Assembly: GCA_045589635.1 (NCBI GenBank)
Contig: JAZNPJ010000001.1
Location: forward strand, 1-27,612
Origin: Clostridia bacterium
Lineage (GTDB): Bacteria; Bacillota; Clostridia; UBA1381
DNA length: 27,612 bases
Direction: 5' to 3'
The notes under the pieces were generated by a model that was not told the DNA's origin, did not search any database, and saw only the letters and a program-made list of their open reading frames with translations. The position numbers and the translations under genes are program-made. Positions 24,700 through 27,612 of this stretch are shown here, piece by piece (position 1 is the stretch's first letter; each line of letters starts with the position of its first letter).

Positions 24700-25755
24700 A
24701 TGAAGAAACGATTAGAAAAGCTCAAAAATTCATTAAGGGATAATGAGGCGGTATACATATCATCATACCCCAATATATTCTACTATAGTGGATTTACAAG
24801 TGGCGATGCAAGGCTTATAATAACACACGATAACCAATATATCCTTACCGATTCAAGATATACAATACAGGCAAAAGAGCAGGCGACTGATTTTGAGATT
24901 GCAGATATCAGTAAGGAATATGATGAAATTTTTAAAAAGCTTGGTGATATCAGCATTGGTTATGAGGGCGAAAGCTTAACTGTAAGCGAGCTTAAAAAGA
25001 TAGAAAAAGCACTCTGTGGCAGTCAAAGTGTTAGGGATATGCAACAGATAATAAATACACCCCGAAAGCTGAAGGATGAGAGCGAAATCAAAAAAATAGC
25101 AGAGGCCGAGAGGATAGGTGATGAGGCTTTTTCGTATATACTTCCTAAAATACGCGAGGGTGTAAGTGAGGTGGAGTTAGCACTTGAGTTGGAATTTTTT
25201 ATGAAAAAATCAGGTGTAAGTGCTCTTTCTTTTGAAACAATAGTTGCCTCGGGTACAAGGAGCGCAATGCCTCATGGTGTGGCAAGTAAAAAGTGTATTG
25301 AAAAAGGAGATTTTGTAACCTTTGATTTTGGTTGCGTATTTGAGGGCTATTGCTCGGATATGACAAGAACTGTTGTTATAGGTAAGGCTGACAAATGGCA
25401 AAGAGAAATTTATGACGTGGTTTTAAAAGCGCAACTCGCTGCACTAAATGCAATAGAGGCAGGCAAAAAATGTTCTGATACAGATAAAATTGCAAGGGAT
25501 ATAATATCATCTGCGGGCTATGGTAACAATTTTGGTCATGGACTTGGACACAGTGTAGGAATAGAAATTCACGAAATGCCATCGCTCTCGCCTAAGTGTG
25601 ATGAGATAATACAAAATGGTCATATTTTAACTGTTGAGCCGGGTATTTACATAGAGGACAAGGGCGGTGTAAGAATAGAAGATTTGGTTGCAATCTGTAA
25701 CGGACAGGCTATAAATCTTACAAAGTCGGAAAAAACACTCATTGAGATTGTTTGA
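24700..25755 (+). CDS. Xaa-Pro aminopeptidase/dipeptidase, M24B family (YqhT/PapA-like)
   Basis: Creatinase-N domain (YYSGFTSG, TDSRY..QA); catalytic DFG...YCSDMTRT, HGLGHSVGIEIHE, TVEPGIY, GVRIED. Confidence 0.93.
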   Translation: MKKRLEKLKNSLRDNEAVYISSYPNIFYYSGFTSGDARLIITHDNQYILTDSRYTIQAKEQATDFEIADISKEYDEIFKKLGDISIGYEGESLTVSELKKIEKALCGSQSVRDMQQIINTPRKLKDESEIKKIAEAERIGDEAFSYILPKIREGVSEVELALELEFFMKKSGVSALSFETIVASGTRSAMPHGVASKKCIEKGDFVTFDFGCVFEGYCSDMTRTVVIGKADKWQREIYDVVLKAQLAALNAIEAGKKCSDTDKIARDIISSAGYGNNFGHGLGHSVGIEIHEMPSLSPKCDEIIQNGHILTVEPGIYIEDKGGVRIEDLVAICNGQAINLTKSEKTLIEIV

Positions 25756-25780
25756 CAAAACGATAAAAATATAATACAAT
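25752..25780 (+). promoter_or_regulatory. Sigma-A promoter of thyA-nfo; the -35 overlaps the peptidase stop codon
   Basis: TTGACA, 17 nt, TACAAT. Confidence 0.75.
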
Positions 25781-25813
25781 ATACTTATAAAATTTGGAAG
25801 GAACGGGATTATT

Positions 25814-26641
25814 ATGAGTTACGCAGATGAAATTTTTAAGAAAAACTGCAGAGATATAATAGATAACGGTTTTAGTGATGAGGGACTCGACGTCAGACCA
25901 AAATGGGAGGACGGTACAAGTGCACACACAGTAAAAAGATTTGGTATAGTAAACAGATATGACCTATCAAAAGAATTCCCAATTTTAACACTAAGACGTA
26001 CATATCTTAAAAGTGCAATAGATGAGCTTTTGTGGATATGGCAAAAGAAATCCAACAATGTAAACGATTTAAACAGCCACATATGGGACCAGTGGGCAGA
26101 CGAGAATGGCTCTATCGGTAAAGCATACGGTTATCAGATGGGTGTAAAGCATGTTTACAGTGATGGTGAATTTGACCAGGTCGACAGAATTCTGCACGAT
26201 TTAAAATACAACAAAGCGTCAAGAAGAATAATCTCAAATATATATGTACACAGCGACTTAAAGGATATGAATTTGTACCCGTGTGCATACAGTATGACAT
26301 TTAATGTAACTGGTAATAAGCTAAATGCTATTTTAAATCAACGCTCACAGGATATGCTTGCGGCAAATAACTGGAACGTTTGTCAGTATGCTGCACTTAC
26401 CCATATGTTTGCAATGGTAAGCGGTCTTGAGGTGGGTGAATTTGTACATGTTATTGCTGATGCACATATTTATGACAGACATCTGCCAATAATAGAAGAG
26501 ATTATAAGCAACAAAGGCTATGACGCACCAACTCTTAGAATAAATAAGGTTGATGATTTTTATAAATTTACAACTAAGGATTTTGAGCTCGAAAACTATA
26601 AATATCACAATTTAGATGTTAAAATTCCTATTGCGGAATAA
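25814..26641 (+). CDS. thyA: Thymidylate synthase (ThyA)
   Basis: ELLWIW, WDQWAD.NG.IG.AYG.Q, SRR, catalytic PC (LYPCAY), QRSQD, DAHIYDRH. Confidence 0.96.
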   Translation: MSYADEIFKKNCRDIIDNGFSDEGLDVRPKWEDGTSAHTVKRFGIVNRYDLSKEFPILTLRRTYLKSAIDELLWIWQKKSNNVNDLNSHIWDQWADENGSIGKAYGYQMGVKHVYSDGEFDQVDRILHDLKYNKASRRIISNIYVHSDLKDMNLYPCAYSMTFNVTGNKLNAILNQRSQDMLAANNWNVCQYAALTHMFAMVSGLEVGEFVHVIADAHIYDRHLPIIEEIISNKGYDAPTLRINKVDDFYKFTTKDFELENYKYHNLDVKIPIAE

Positions 26642-26653
26642 AAGGAGATAAAA

Positions 26654-27490
26654 ATGATTACGGTAGGTTGCCATCTTAGTGCATCAAAGGGATATCTTAA
26701 CATGGGTAAAGAAGCAATTACTCTTGGTGCAAACTCATTTCAGTTTTTTACAAGAAATCCCAGAGGCGGCAGTGCAAAAGCAATAGACGAAAAAGACGTA
26801 AAGGCTTTTTTGGAATACGCTAAAGAAAATGGTATAGAAAAAATTCTTGCACATGCGCCATACACTCTAAATCCGTGCTCGGACAAAGAGCAGACAAGAG
26901 AATTTGCCTATATGGCAATGAAGGACGATTTGGAAAGAATGGAATATACACCAAATCAGCTATATAACTTCCATCCCGGCTCACACGTGGGACAAGGAAC
27001 GGAGGTCGGAATTGAGATGATAGCCGAGCTTTTAAATAAAGTTCTCACACCCCAGATGACTACAACCGTTCTTTTGGAAACCATGTCTGGTAAGGGTAGC
27101 GAAATTGGCTCAACATTTGAAGAATTAAGAGAAATAATAGATAAAGTAGAGCTAAAGGATAGGTTAGGAGTATGCCTTGATACATGCCACGTGTATGATG
27201 CGGGCTACGACATTGTTGGAGATTTGGACGGAGTTTTAGAACATTTTGACAATATAATAGGACTTGACAAACTAAAAGCCATACACATAAACGACAGCAA
27301 AAATCCATTTGCCTCTCATAAGGACAGGCACGAAAAGCTTGGCGATGGCAGTATCGGTTTAGAAGCGTTTGAAAGGATTATAAATCACAAATCACTTTGT
27401 CATATTCCGTTTTTGTTAGAAACTCCAAACGATAACGAGGGTTATAGACAGGAAATTGAACTGATAAAGAAACTGAGTGCTGACAAATAA
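26654..27490 (+). CDS. nfo: Endonuclease IV (AP endonuclease 2)
   Basis: [53 protein letters not shown]. Confidence 0.97.
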   Translation: MITVGCHLSASKGYLNMGKEAITLGANSFQFFTRNPRGGSAKAIDEKDVKAFLEYAKENGIEKILAHAPYTLNPCSDKEQTREFAYMAMKDDLERMEYTPNQLYNFHPGSHVGQGTEVGIEMIAELLNKVLTPQMTTTVLLETMSGKGSEIGSTFEELREIIDKVELKDRLGVCLDTCHVYDAGYDIVGDLDGVLEHFDNIIGLDKLKAIHINDSKNPFASHKDRHEKLGDGSIGLEAFERIINHKSLCHIPFLLETPNDNEGYRQEIELIKKLSADK

Positions 27491-27612
27491 GATGTTTTGC
27501 GGTAAAAAGCACACACAACGAAATGGAGGAAAATAAATGAAATCCCTTAAAAAGTATTTATTGGTACAATTTGGAGGAATACGTTTATTTTAAGTAAAAG
27601 ATTTGGGAGGGG

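Noticed and set aside
26270-26380. ThyA active site reads PCAY rather than PCH, and NNWN rather than PFN
   Set aside because: Non-His residues after the catalytic Cys are known in Bacillota ThyA variants; catalytic Cys, RS.D and the Asn position are retained. Not evidence of a new enzyme.
1-27612. Defence island, prophage, toxin-antitoxin or other mobile system
   Set aside because: All substantial ORFs map to housekeeping, transport or envelope families. No nuclease, methylase, integrase or phage motifs and no obvious compositional island were seen.

Overview
A low-GC (roughly high-30s %, estimated by eye) chromosomal window from a Clostridia-class Bacillota bacterium. It is core/housekeeping and cell-envelope DNA. 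I see no transposase, integrase, phage gene, CRISPR array, rRNA or tRNA. Gene order: xseA (3' part) -> <- azlD-azlC-ispA-xseB-(copper-amine-oxidase-N/parvulin foldase), <- rpsT, <- GT-C glycosyltransferase, polar amino-acid ABC transporter (SBP-permease-ATPase), lipoprotein, LCP protein, walR-walK-yycI-like, a 1016-aa SLH (probable S-layer) protein running directly into pyrH-frr-uppS-cdsA-dxr-rseP-ispG, aroQ-Xaa-Pro peptidase, thyA-nfo. Eight near-consensus sigma-A promoters and several terminators are readable. The most striking signal is that the ABC solute-binding lipoprotein (6028-6849) is circularly permuted: the segment that normally ends the SBP_bac_3 fold sits right after the lipobox. 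The same operon also carries a twice-repeated inverted-repeat motif that overlaps or abuts the RBS of both downstream genes. Other points of interest: an S-layer gene in the place of rpsB-tsf at the head of the pyrH/isoprenoid operon, a multi-stem ~150-nt intergenic element before walR, a consensus WalR box upstream of the LCP gene, and a split, convergent xseA/xseB arrangement. No database searches were run, so all family calls come from recognised motifs and every novelty claim needs checking.
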